Source: Candidatus Dormiibacterota bacterium | Lineage (GTDB): Bacteria > Chloroflexota > Dormibacteria > Aeolococcales > Aeolococcaceae | Reading direction: 5' to 3' | DNA: 64,000 nucleotides | NCBI GenBank assembly: GCA_963799005.1 | Contig: CAWCVK010000001.1 | Span: forward strand, 512,893 to 576,892 | Shown here: one piece after another, positions 10,142 to 19,080 of the stretch | Layout of the letters: each line of letters opens with the position of its first letter | Position numbering within the stretch: the stretch's first letter is position 1 | Notes under the pieces: model-generated | The model's database searches: none | The model's input: only the letters and a program-made list of their open reading frames with translations | What the model was told of the DNA's origin: nothing | Translations under genes and position numbers: made by a program

Positions 10142-10875
10142 GCCTCGAGCTGCGCAGCGTCGAGGGCCTCCCCGAGGTCCGCGCGGGCGACGACCTGGCG
10201 GCGCTCGTCGTCCAGAATGCCGGACCGCTCCACGGCGGCGACGTCGTCGTGGTTGCCCAAAAGGTCGTGTCCAAGGCGGAAGGCCGGATCCGCACCCTCT
10301 CGGAGGTGACGCCCTCCGAGCGTGCGACCGCGCTCGCCCACAGGCTCAGCGCAGATCCCCGCATGGTCCAGGTGATCCTCGACGAGACCACCCGCGTGGT
10401 GCGCGATGACCGCGTGCTCATCGTCGAGACCCACCAGGGATTCGTCTGCGCCAATGCGGGCGTCGACCGGTCGAACCTCGACGGGGCGGACGATGTCTGC
10501 CTCCTTCCCGTCGACTGCGACGCCAGCGCCCGAGCGCTGCACCAGCGCATCCACGAACTGACCGGCGTCCGCGCCGGAGTGATCGTGAGCGACACCTTTG
10601 GGCGCGCGTGGCGGATGGGCCTCGTCAACGTGGCCCTCGGCGTCGCCGGGGTCCCGTCGATGATCGACTACCGCGGACGCCCGGACGATTTCGGGATGCC
10701 GCTGCAGGCGACCGTGGTGGCGATCGCCGACGAGCTGGCGGCCGCCGCCGAGTTGCTGATGGGCAAGACCCGACGTGTGCCCGCGGTCGTCGTGCACGGA
10801 CTCGGTGATCTCGACGCGGCGCCCGGCACCGGTCAGGAACTGGTCCGGCCGTCCGACCTGGACCTGTTCCGGTGA
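10138..10875 (+). CDS. cofE: Coenzyme F420-0:L-glutamate ligase CofE, single-domain form
   Basis: 245 aa. GTG start overlaps the cofC stop. Conserved VVVAQKVVSKAEGR and ANAGVD motifs. No C-terminal FbiB nitroreductase-like domain. Confidence 0.8.
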   Translation: MSLELRSVEGLPEVRAGDDLAALVVQNAGPLHGGDVVVVAQKVVSKAEGRIRTLSEVTPSERATALAHRLSADPRMVQVILDETTRVVRDDRVLIVETHQGFVCANAGVDRSNLDGADDVCLLPVDCDASARALHQRIHELTGVRAGVIVSDTFGRAWRMGLVNVALGVAGVPSMIDYRGRPDDFGMPLQATVVAIADELAAAAELLMGKTRRVPAVVVHGLGDLDAAPGTGQELVRPSDLDLFR

Positions 10876-11801
10876 GGGTGGCGCTGCTCTCGGGAGGCAC
10901 CGGGGGCGCGCGCCTGGCGACCGGTCTGGCCGCGGTGCTGCCGCCAGACGATCTGTCCATCGTCGCCAACACCGCCGACGATGACGAGTTCTGGGGGCTC
11001 CTTGTGAGCCCGGATGTCGACGCGATCCTCTACAGGCTCGCCGGCGTCTTCAATGACGCGACCGGGTTCGGGGTCCGCGACGACACGTTTCACGTGCAGG
11101 CGATGCTCGGCAGGCTCGGCGAGCAGACGTGGTTCCAGCTCGGCGATCAAGACATCGGCGTGCACCTGCTCAGAGCCCAGCTGTTGCGCGGCGGCATGCG
11201 CCTGGCGGAGGCTGTGGCGCTGCTCGCCCGGCGCTTCGGCATCCGCGTGCGCGTGATCCCGATGAGCGACGACCCGGTGCGCACCAGGATCCTGACCGAT
11301 GGCGGTGAGCTGAGCATGCAGGAGTGGTTCGTGGGAGCGCGGTGCGAGCCCCCGGTGCGCGGGCTGCGTCTGGCGGGCATCGAGTCGGCGCGCCCCTCGC
11401 CGGAGGCCGTCGCCGCGCTCACCGTCGCCGAGACGGTGATCATCGGGCCGTCGAATCCGCTCCTCAGCGTCGACCCAATTCTCCAGGTCCTGAGTGAGCA
11501 CCTCGACCGGGACAGAGTCGCCGTGGTCTCGCCCGTGGTCGGCGGCCGGTCGTTGAAGGGGCCGACGGTGACGATGCTCGAGCAGATGGGCGAGGAGGCG
11601 TCTGCCCTGGGTGTCGCGCGCCGTTACGCCGGCATCGCCGCAACCATGGTCATCGACCAGGCGGACGCGGCACTCCTCGAGCCGATCCGGGCCCTGGGGA
11701 TGAGCGTGCTCGTGGACGACACCGTCATGGAAGGTTCGCAGGGCGAGCGCCGCCTGGCGGCGTCGCTGCTCCGCAGCCTAGAGTTGACCCATGGCACATG
11801 A
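10872..11801 (+). CDS. cofD: 2-phospho-L-lactate transferase CofD/FbiA
   Basis: 309 aa. N-terminus VALLSGGTGGA(R)L is diagnostic of CofD/YvcK-like proteins. Start overlaps the cofE stop. Confidence 0.85.
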   Translation: MRVALLSGGTGGARLATGLAAVLPPDDLSIVANTADDDEFWGLLVSPDVDAILYRLAGVFNDATGFGVRDDTFHVQAMLGRLGEQTWFQLGDQDIGVHLLRAQLLRGGMRLAEAVALLARRFGIRVRVIPMSDDPVRTRILTDGGELSMQEWFVGARCEPPVRGLRLAGIESARPSPEAVAALTVAETVIIGPSNPLLSVDPILQVLSEHLDRDRVAVVSPVVGGRSLKGPTVTMLEQMGEEASALGVARRYAGIAATMVIDQADAALLEPIRALGMSVLVDDTVMEGSQGERRLAASLLRSLELTHGT

Positions 11802-12201
11802 GGCCGGGCTCGACTTCCTGCGCAGAAACCCGCGTGGTGTGCTTGCGACCTATCGCCGCGACGGCCAGGCGCAGCTCTCGCCGGTGCTCGCGGCCGTCGA
11901 CGCCGAAGATCGCGTGGTGATCAGCACGCGTGAGGGGGCGATGAAGACGCTGAACCTGCGTCGCAACCCGCGCGCCGGCCTCTGCGTGCTCAGCGAACGC
12001 TTCTTCGGCGAGTGGCACGGCCTCGAGGGCGACGCCGAGGTCCTCAGCCTCCCCGACGCGATGGAGCCGCTCGTCGACTACTACCGCCGGGTCAGCGGAG
12101 AGCACCCCGACTGGGACGAGTACCGCGAGGCGATGGCACGCGAGCGCCGCGTGCTGCTGCGCATCACCGTGGACCGCAGCGGTCCGACACGGCAGGGGTA
12201 G
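11791..12201 (+). CDS. PPOX-class (pyridoxamine 5'-phosphate oxidase-like) F420-dependent oxidoreductase
   Basis: 136 aa. Split-barrel FMN/F420-binding fold signature (GLDFLRRNPRGVLAT...RNPR). Confidence 0.6.
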   Translation: MAHEAGLDFLRRNPRGVLATYRRDGQAQLSPVLAAVDAEDRVVISTREGAMKTLNLRRNPRAGLCVLSERFFGEWHGLEGDAEVLSLPDAMEPLVDYYRRVSGEHPDWDEYREAMARERRVLLRITVDRSGPTRQG

Positions 12202-12207
12202 CTCCGC

Positions 12208-13242
12208 TCAAGCGCCGCCGCCACGCGCCGGGAGATCGCGCAGGCGGGGCAGCACCTGGCGGGCGTAGAGCTGCAGAAACCGGCGCTGATCCGGTCCGGG
12301 CGCGTGGAAGATCAGATGCGTGAATCCGAGGTCCAGGTACGGCCGGATGCGTTCCACGTGCTCGTCGGGATCCGAGGAGACGATCCAGCGGCTCGCGGCC
12401 TCCTCGGTGGAAAGGGCGTCAGCAAGGCGCTCCATCTCGACCGCGTCATCGACGCCCGTCTTTTCGTCGGATGACAGCGCCAGCGCGGCCCAGTGCCGTG
12501 TGTCCTCAAGCGCTCTGTCTCGATCAACGTCGAATGAGACCTTCATCTCGATCGTCAGCTCCACGTCCGCCGGGTCCCGCCCGGCTGCGCGCGCGCCCTC
12601 CAGCACGGCTGGAAGCAGGGTCTCGGCGTACAGCTCCATGCCCTTGCCGCTCGTGCAGATGAGCCCGTCGGCGACGCGACCGGCGAGCCGCGCGGCGGAT
12701 GCCCCGGCGGCGGCGATGTAGATCGGGATGGGCGTCGCCGGGCGGTCGTAGATGGTCGCGTTCCGGGTCCGGTAGTAGGTGCCGTCGAACGTGACCCGGT
12801 CGGTGGTCAGCAGTGTCTGGATGAGCGTGACCGCCTCCTTGAGGCGCGCGAATCGTTCCTTGGCGTCCGGCCACTCGACGTCGAGTGGGGCTTCGTTCAT
12901 CGATTCGCCGGTCCCAACTCCGAGCCAGATGCGCCCGGGGAACAGGCAACCCAGCGTGCCCATCGCCTGCGCGACGATCGCGGGGTGATAGCGGAAGGTC
13001 GGGGTGAGCACGCTCGTGCCCAACCGGATGCGCCCGGTTGCCTGACCCGCGGCGCCCAGCCACGCGAGCGAGAACGGGGCGTGACCACCGGTATGGCGCC
13101 AGGGTTGAAAGTGGTCACTGATCGCGGCGGTGTCGAAGCCGCATTGCTCCGCAACCGTGGTGAACTCGAGGAGGTCGGATGGGCTGAACTGCTCGGCGGA
13201 GACCTTGTACCCAAACCGAATTTGGCGGGACACTGCGCCCAT
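12208..13242 (-). CDS. fgd1: F420-dependent glucose-6-phosphate dehydrogenase
   Basis: Internal Met start of ORF 12208..13473 gives 344 aa. Collinear with the mycobacterial Fgd1 sequence as I recall it (SDHFQPWRH.GGHAPFSL.W, LGTSVLTPTFRY.PA, FHAPG.DQRRFL). Confidence 0.85.
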   Translation of the reverse strand: MGAVSRQIRFGYKVSAEQFSPSDLLEFTTVAEQCGFDTAAISDHFQPWRHTGGHAPFSLAWLGAAGQATGRIRLGTSVLTPTFRYHPAIVAQAMGTLGCLFPGRIWLGVGTGESMNEAPLDVEWPDAKERFARLKEAVTLIQTLLTTDRVTFDGTYYRTRNATIYDRPATPIPIYIAAAGASAARLAGRVADGLICTSGKGMELYAETLLPAVLEGARAAGRDPADVELTIEMKVSFDVDRDRALEDTRHWAALALSSDEKTGVDDAVEMERLADALSTEEAASRWIVSSDPDEHVERIRPYLDLGFTHLIFHAPGPDQRRFLQLYARQVLPRLRDLPARGGGA

Positions 13243-13424
13243 GGTCGCACGTGGGCACCCCGAGCTCCGTCCGTTCGACAGCGCACATAGCTGAAGCGCA
13301 ATCGACACGCGTTCAACACTGTGACAACCATCCACCCACCACTTCCGAATCGGCTGTCGACGCACGGGGTTTCGTGTCATCCGCGTATCTGGACGCATCG
13401 GCACGGGTTGGTAGACTGCGATGC

Positions 13425-13613
13425 GTGGCGAAATGGGTCGTGCTCCACTTGAATGCCGATGACGCCTCGACATACATCAACGTGGACGCGGTGACCCAGG
13501 TCCGGCAGATCTCGGTCGGTTCGACGCGCATCTTCTTCACCGACGGCACCGACGTTTCGGTGCGGGAGGACGCGCCAATCGTGATCGCCGCCTTCCGACG
13601 CAACTCCATCTAG
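13425..13613 (+). CDS. Possible small protein (about 60 aa), function unknown
   Basis: Open frame encoding ...VLHLNADDASTYINVDAVTQVRQISVGSTRIFFTDGTDVSVREDAPIVIAAFRRNSI. Only GTG/TTG starts are available and the SD is weak. Divergent from fgd1. Confidence 0.2.
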   Translation: MAKWVVLHLNADDASTYINVDAVTQVRQISVGSTRIFFTDGTDVSVREDAPIVIAAFRRNSI

Positions 13614-13702
13614 GGGGTCGGTCGGTCGCCGGAACCCGCCGGCATGGGATGCCTCGCGGCGGTGCACCCGTCGCCCGGTTCGTATGGGAGCATGGGTCGC
13701 TC

Positions 13703-13828
13703 ATGACGACGCCGCCGCTGCTCATGATCCCGGGGCCAACGCCGGTGGCGGCCGACGTCCTGGCGGCTCTCGAAGAGGCCGCGCGCATCATCGATTCGGC
13801 GGCTGTGGTGCTGGGCGCGCGTGCTTGA
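13703..13828 (+). pseudogene. 41-aa relic resembling the N-terminus of a class V (AGXT/SgaA-type) aminotransferase
   Basis: ATG..TGA ORF encoding MTTPPLLMIPGPTPVAADVLAALEEAARIIDSAAVVLGARA. The LLMIPGPTPV motif opens many class V aminotransferases. Here it ends after 41 codons, overlapping the glcD GTG start. Confidence 0.25.
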
Positions 13829-15272
13829 CCCCGCGCTGCTCGGACGCCTGCGCGCCGCGGTTGGCGACGACGGACTGATCACCGCGCCCGCGGCCGTCCA
13901 GACCTACGCGTGCGACGGGCTCACCGGACGCCGGGTCTCGCCCGCGGCGGTCGTTCTCCCGCTCACGACCGAGCAGGTGGCAGCGGCGGTGCGCGCGTGT
14001 GCTGAGGCGAACGTGCCGTTTGTCGCGCGCGGAGCCGGTACCGGGCTGTCCGGTGGCGCGCTCCCCGTCGCCGACGGCGTCGTCATCGGTCTCAGCCGAA
14101 TGCGCGCCATCCTCGGGATCGACCTCGAGAATCAGCAGGTCACCGTGCAGCCGGGCGTGACCAACCTCGAGGTGAGCAAGGCGGTCCGGCCGCTTGGATA
14201 TTTCTACGCCCCGGATCCCTCGTCGCAGCAGGTCTGCACCATCGGCGGCAACGTGGCGGAGAACTCCGGCGGGGCGCACTGCCTGAAATACGGCTTCACG
14301 ACGCACCACGTGCTTGGGGCGACGTTCGTCACCGCGAGCGGGGAGATCGCGCACCTCGGAGGACCCGTCCGCGACGCCGCGGGTTACGACCTGCTGGGGG
14401 TCGTCATCGGCAGCGAGGGAACGCTCGGGATCGTGACCGAGGTGGTCCTGCGGATCGTGCGCGTCCCGGAATCGACCGAGACGGTGCTCGCGGCCTTCTC
14501 GACCATGGGCGACGCCGGCGAGGCCGTGTCACGAATCATCGCCGCGGGGATCACGCCGGCCGCGATCGAGATGATGGATCGTCTCGCCATCCAGGCGTGC
14601 GAGGACATCGTCCACGCCGGATATCCGGATTGCGGCGCGGCGCTGATCGTCGAGCTCGACGGACCCGCCGTCGAGTCCGGCGCGTTCCTTGGCCAGGTCA
14701 TCGACATCTGCGCCGCGAGTGGAGCGACCGAGACGCGGGTGGCCGCGAGCGACGCCGAGCGTGCGCTGATCTGGAAGGCACGCAAGGCAGCATTCGCGTC
14801 GATGGGACGGATCAGCCCGAGCTACTACGTTCAGGATGGCGTCATCCCGCGCACGCGGCTGCGGGACGTGCTCGAATCCATCAGCGCGCTGGCGGCGACG
14901 TACGGGCTGCGCGTTGCCAACGTCTTCCATGCCGGTGACGGCAACCTGCACCCGCTGGTGCTGTACGACGACCGCGAGCCCGGCGCCGGAGATCGCGCGC
15001 TCGAGCTCGCCGGGTTGATCCTCGAGTCCTGCATCGCCGCCGGCGGCTCGATCACCGGCGAGCATGGCGTCGGGTCTGACAAGGCCTGCTACATGCCGAA
15101 GATGTTCAGCGCCGGGTCGATCGCGGCGATGGGACGTGTCCGCGACGCCTTCGACCCGAGCGATCTTTGCAACCCCGGCAAAGCCCTTCCGACACCACGG
15201 CTCTGCGGTGAGGTGCCCGGCATGTACCGTCCCCACGCCATCGAAACCGCGGGGATGGCGGAGCGCCTGTGA
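13821..15272 (+). CDS. glcD: Glycolate oxidase FAD-linked subunit GlcD
   Basis: 483 aa. Collinear with E. coli GlcD (GAGTGLSGGA, APDPSSQ, GGNVAEN(S/A)GG.HCLKYG, RVANVFHAGDGN.HP). Confidence 0.85.
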   Translation: MLDPALLGRLRAAVGDDGLITAPAAVQTYACDGLTGRRVSPAAVVLPLTTEQVAAAVRACAEANVPFVARGAGTGLSGGALPVADGVVIGLSRMRAILGIDLENQQVTVQPGVTNLEVSKAVRPLGYFYAPDPSSQQVCTIGGNVAENSGGAHCLKYGFTTHHVLGATFVTASGEIAHLGGPVRDAAGYDLLGVVIGSEGTLGIVTEVVLRIVRVPESTETVLAAFSTMGDAGEAVSRIIAAGITPAAIEMMDRLAIQACEDIVHAGYPDCGAALIVELDGPAVESGAFLGQVIDICAASGATETRVAASDAERALIWKARKAAFASMGRISPSYYVQDGVIPRTRLRDVLESISALAATYGLRVANVFHAGDGNLHPLVLYDDREPGAGDRALELAGLILESCIAAGGSITGEHGVGSDKACYMPKMFSAGSIAAMGRVRDAFDPSDLCNPGKALPTPRLCGEVPGMYRPHAIETAGMAERL

Positions 15273-16489
15273 TGGTCTCCACAGCGCAGGACCTGCATCT
15301 CTTCACCGAGCTGGTCGGCGCGGCGCACGTCCGGCCGGCTGACGCCGGCGACGAGGTCGGCGGCACTGCTCCCAGCCTCGTGGTGTCGCCCGGTGACGAG
15401 CTGGAGGTCGCGTCTGTCCTCTCCGCCGCGACCGCGCGTGGACTTGTGGTCGTGGCACGCGGTGGTGGGACGAAGATCGACTGGGGTTCGCCGCCGGAGC
15501 GCTGTGACATCGTGCTCTCGACCTCCCGGATCGAGGGAGTCGTCGACCACGAGCCAGCGGACCTGGTCTGCGTCGTCCGAGCCGGAACCGAGCTCGACAG
15601 CCTGCAGAAAACACTCGCCTCCGCACCGGGTTTCCGGCAACGCCTCATGCTCGATCCACCTCAGGGCGATGCGGCGACCGTGGGCGGCGTGGTCGCCACC
15701 GCCGCCAGCGGGCCACTGCGAACGCGCTTCGGCACCCCCCGGGACCTGATCATCGGTGCGAGCTTCGTCCTCTCGGACGGAACCGTCGCGCGCAGCGGCG
15801 GCAAGGTCGTGAAGAACGTCGCCGGCTTCGATGTCGCCAAGCTGCTGGTGGGATCCCTGGGAACGCTTGCGGTCATCACCGAGGTCGCCTTCCGTCTCCA
15901 CCCGCTACCCGCCGCAACGCGAACCGTCGTCCTCAGGTCGCGCTCGGTAGGTGATCTCTGCCGGTTCGCGGCGGGAGTCGCGCGGCTCCAGGTGACCCCC
16001 AGCGTCGTCGACCTCCACTGGCCCGAGGGCGTCGCGATGGTCCGCTTCGACAGCTCGGAGCTCGGAGCAACCGTGCAGGCCGAGCGCGTCACCCACGAGC
16101 TCGGCGGCCGGATCCTCGCCGGACATGAGGAAGCCGATCTGGCGTCGCAGGTTGCGGGGTCGCCGTGGACCGGCGAAGGGCTGGTCGCTGCGGTTGCGCT
16201 GCTGCCGTCGCGAATCGGCGAGTTTCTGTCGTCAATGTCGGCTACATGCGACGCCGTTGCGCTGCGTCCGCTGCTCGGCACCGGGGAGGTGCGCTTCGCG
16301 CCGGACGCGCTGGAGATGGTTGCCTCTGCCGTGCGCACCGCCGGCGGCCGGCTCACGGTCAGGCGCGGATCGGCCGGCACCACGCACAGGGCCGAGGACA
16401 GCGTGGCACTCGATCTGATGCGCTCGGTGAAGCACCGGCTGGATCCGGCGCGGACGCTGAGCCCGGGCCGCCTCGTCGGTGGCATCTGA
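15269..16489 (+). CDS. glcE: Glycolate oxidase FAD-binding subunit GlcE
   Basis: 406 aa. FAD-binding PCMH-type domain. Start overlaps the glcD stop. Confidence 0.8.
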   Translation: MMVSTAQDLHLFTELVGAAHVRPADAGDEVGGTAPSLVVSPGDELEVASVLSAATARGLVVVARGGGTKIDWGSPPERCDIVLSTSRIEGVVDHEPADLVCVVRAGTELDSLQKTLASAPGFRQRLMLDPPQGDAATVGGVVATAASGPLRTRFGTPRDLIIGASFVLSDGTVARSGGKVVKNVAGFDVAKLLVGSLGTLAVITEVAFRLHPLPAATRTVVLRSRSVGDLCRFAAGVARLQVTPSVVDLHWPEGVAMVRFDSSELGATVQAERVTHELGGRILAGHEEADLASQVAGSPWTGEGLVAAVALLPSRIGEFLSSMSATCDAVALRPLLGTGEVRFAPDALEMVASAVRTAGGRLTVRRGSAGTTHRAEDSVALDLMRSVKHRLDPARTLSPGRLVGGI

Positions 16490-17876
16490 CATGGCCGTGG
16501 CGAGCTCGGGTCCGCCTCGGGTCCAGGGACGCCCGCGCGGAGGAACGGCGACGGCCGCGTTCGACGCGCACCACTCCCCCGACCCGGCGCTGATCGCGGA
16601 CTGCGTGCATTGCGGTTTCTGCCTGCCCGCCTGTCCCACGTATCTGCTCTGGGGCGAGGAGATGGACTCCCCCCGCGGCCGCATCCTGCTCATGGACCTG
16701 GCGGCACGCGGTGAGGTCGGCATGGACGCAGAGGTGGTGCGCCACTGGGATGCGTGCCTCGGCTGCATGGCATGCGTCGATGCATGCCCGTCGGGTGTGC
16801 AGTACAACCGCCTCGTCGAACAGGTGCGGCCGCAGATCGAACGGCGCTTCGCTCGCGCCTGGCACGTTCGGGCGTCGCGGGCCGCGCTGTTCGCGGTGCT
16901 GCCGGTTCCCCGGCGGATGCGCACGGTCGCAACCGCCGTGGCGATCACGCAGGCACTCGGACTCAGAAGGGCGTTGCGGCTCCGGCCGTTGCAGCGCCTC
17001 GTGCCCGGGACCGTGCGCCGCCTCGACGATATGGCACCGTCACTGCGGCTCGCCGATCTGCGGGCGCGCACGCCCCGGCGCCTCGCGCCAGGACGACGGC
17101 CGGTCATGCGGGTCGCGTTGCTCACCGGGTGCGTGCAGGACGCTTTTTTCTCCCACGTCAATCGTGCGACCGCCCGTGTGCTGGCGGCGCACGGCTGCGA
17201 GGTGCTCGTGCCACCGCTCCAGGGTTGTTGCGGCGCGCTCGAGATCCATGCCGGTCGGGAGCGGCCCGCGCTGCGACGGATGCGCGATCTCATCGCGCAC
17301 ATGGAGGCGCTCCATGTTGATCACGTCGTCGTCAACACCGCGGGCTGCGGGTCGGCGATGAAGGAGTACGGCGCGCTGCTAGCCGATGATCCCTTCTGGT
17401 CGGCGCGCGCCGCGCGTTTCTCGGCGACGGTTCGGGATGTTATGGAGGTGATCGCCGAGCTTGAGCTGCAGCTGCCGGCGCGCCTCCACCCGCTGCCGGT
17501 TCGGGTCGCGTATCACGACGCCTGCCACCTCGCCCATGCTCAGGGAGTGCGCCTCCAGCCTCGTGCGGTGCTCGCCCGGATCCCGCGTCTCGAACTCGTC
17601 GATCTCAAGGAATCCGATGTGTGCTGCGGGAGCGCCGGGATCTACAACCTGGTCGCACCCCGCGCCGCCGACGATCTCGGCGATCGCAAGGCCGCCAACG
17701 TCGTCGCCAGTGGGGCCGTGCTGCTCACCGCCGGCAACGGTGGCTGTCTGCTCCAGATCCAGGCAGCCCTGCGGCGGGCCGGACACCCGCTTCCCGTGGT
17801 TCACCCGGTGGAGTTGCTCGACGCATCCATCCGCGGCCTTCCGGCGGCCGGCGTGCGGGCCGCGTCGCGCGGGTAG
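16479..17876 (+). CDS. glcF: Glycolate oxidase iron-sulfur subunit GlcF
   Basis: 465 aa. Two CxxCxxCxxxCP ferredoxin-like motifs (CVHCGFCLPACP, CLGCMACVDACP) plus C-terminal CCG domains. Confidence 0.8.
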   Translation: MASDMAVASSGPPRVQGRPRGGTATAAFDAHHSPDPALIADCVHCGFCLPACPTYLLWGEEMDSPRGRILLMDLAARGEVGMDAEVVRHWDACLGCMACVDACPSGVQYNRLVEQVRPQIERRFARAWHVRASRAALFAVLPVPRRMRTVATAVAITQALGLRRALRLRPLQRLVPGTVRRLDDMAPSLRLADLRARTPRRLAPGRRPVMRVALLTGCVQDAFFSHVNRATARVLAAHGCEVLVPPLQGCCGALEIHAGRERPALRRMRDLIAHMEALHVDHVVVNTAGCGSAMKEYGALLADDPFWSARAARFSATVRDVMEVIAELELQLPARLHPLPVRVAYHDACHLAHAQGVRLQPRAVLARIPRLELVDLKESDVCCGSAGIYNLVAPRAADDLGDRKAANVVASGAVLLTAGNGGCLLQIQAALRRAGHPLPVVHPVELLDASIRGLPAAGVRAASRG

Positions 17877-17937
17877 CCTCGTGAGCCAACTGTCCGCTCC
17901 CCGATGGGGAACCAGGGGGGACACGGGGGATTCCTCC

Positions 17938-19080
17938 GTGTGTCGCGTCGTGGTTGTGGGAGCGGGCGCGATCGGGCTCGCGGTCGCTCTCCAACTCGGC
18001 CGAGCTGGTGTGGACGGCGTCGTCGTGATCGACCGCAACGCCTCGCCCGGCATGGGCTCGACGAGCCGCGCCAACGGCGGGGTCCGAGCGCAATTCACCA
18101 CGGCGGTCAACATCGCGTTCTCGCAATTCACCATCGCGCAGCTCCGCGAGTTGGACTCGGTCGAGGGCGCACGGGTGGGATTCCGTGCGATCGGCTACCT
18201 CTTTCTCACCGGGACCGACACAGGCGAGATTGCGCTCCGGCGGAGCTGGGAGCTGCAGCGCTCGCTCGGCGTCGACGTCGCCTGGCTCTCTGCCGCTGAG
18301 GTCCTCGAGATCGCGCCTTTCGTCAACGTCGACGGGCTGTCGGCTGCGACGTTCTGCGCCACTGACGGGATCATCGATCCACACGCTGTGGCGAGCGCGT
18401 TATGGGCGGCGTGCCTTCGTCTCGACACAACCTTCCTGCTCGACACCGAGGTGCGGGGCGTGGTACCAGGCAGACCGGTGCGCGTGCGCACCTCGGTGGG
18501 CGACATCGAGACCGAGGTCGTCGTCAACGCCGGCGGCCCGTTCGCCCGTGAGGTGGCGGCGATGGCGGGTGTCGATCTCCCGGTCGTGTCCCGCCGGAGA
18601 AACCTCGCGTGCACCGAGGCTGTCGCCGGGATTCCCGACGCGATTCCGATGTGCGTCGACAACGACACCGGAGTCCTCATCCGTCGCGAGGGCGCGGGGG
18701 TGCTCATCGGCTTCTCGGACCCGACCGACGCGCCAAGCATGGACACCACCTTCGACCCCGCATTCCTCGACGCCGTGGCCGCGCGGATCGGCAATCGCTT
18801 CGCGTTCCTCGAGGACGTGCCGATCAGCCCGCGCAAATGCTGGGCCGGCCTCTACCCCGAAACCCCCGACCACCACGCCGTCATCAACTCCGCCCCCGAC
18901 ACCCCGTGGTTCATTCAGTGTGCCGGCTTCGGCGGCCACGGCATCATGCACTCGCTCGCGGCAGGGCAGGCTGTGACCGAGCTGATCGCCGGCGGGCGGT
19001 GCACCACCTTCGACCTCCATCCGCTTCGATTGAGCCGCTTTGGTGAGCCTGGAGCCGTCGTCGAGACCGCTGTGCTCTAA
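17938..19080 (+). CDS. FAD-dependent oxidoreductase, DAO family (glycine/sarcosine/D-amino-acid oxidase-like)
   Basis: GTG start chosen inside ORF 17461..19080, at the Rossmann motif VVVGAGAIGLAVA. Tight 4-nt convergent tail-to-tail overlap with the DapA-family gene. Confidence 0.65.
   Translation: MCRVVVVGAGAIGLAVALQLGRAGVDGVVVIDRNASPGMGSTSRANGGVRAQFTTAVNIAFSQFTIAQLRELDSVEGARVGFRAIGYLFLTGTDTGEIALRRSWELQRSLGVDVAWLSAAEVLEIAPFVNVDGLSAATFCATDGIIDPHAVASALWAACLRLDTTFLLDTEVRGVVPGRPVRVRTSVGDIETEVVVNAGGPFAREVAAMAGVDLPVVSRRRNLACTEAVAGIPDAIPMCVDNDTGVLIRREGAGVLIGFSDPTDAPSMDTTFDPAFLDAVAARIGNRFAFLEDVPISPRKCWAGLYPETPDHHAVINSAPDTPWFIQCAGFGGHGIMHSLAAGQAVTELIAGGRCTTFDLHPLRLSRFGEPGAVVETAVL

Noticed and set aside
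13313-13609. 98-aa minus-strand ORF in the fgd1-glcD gap
   Set aside because: Antisense to the more protein-like plus-strand ORF. No SD. Arg/Ser-rich composition typical of frame artefacts in high-GC DNA.
18360-18372. GCCACTG B12-box-like heptamer
   Set aside because: Lies inside the FAD-oxidoreductase CDS with no surrounding cobalamin-riboswitch structure.
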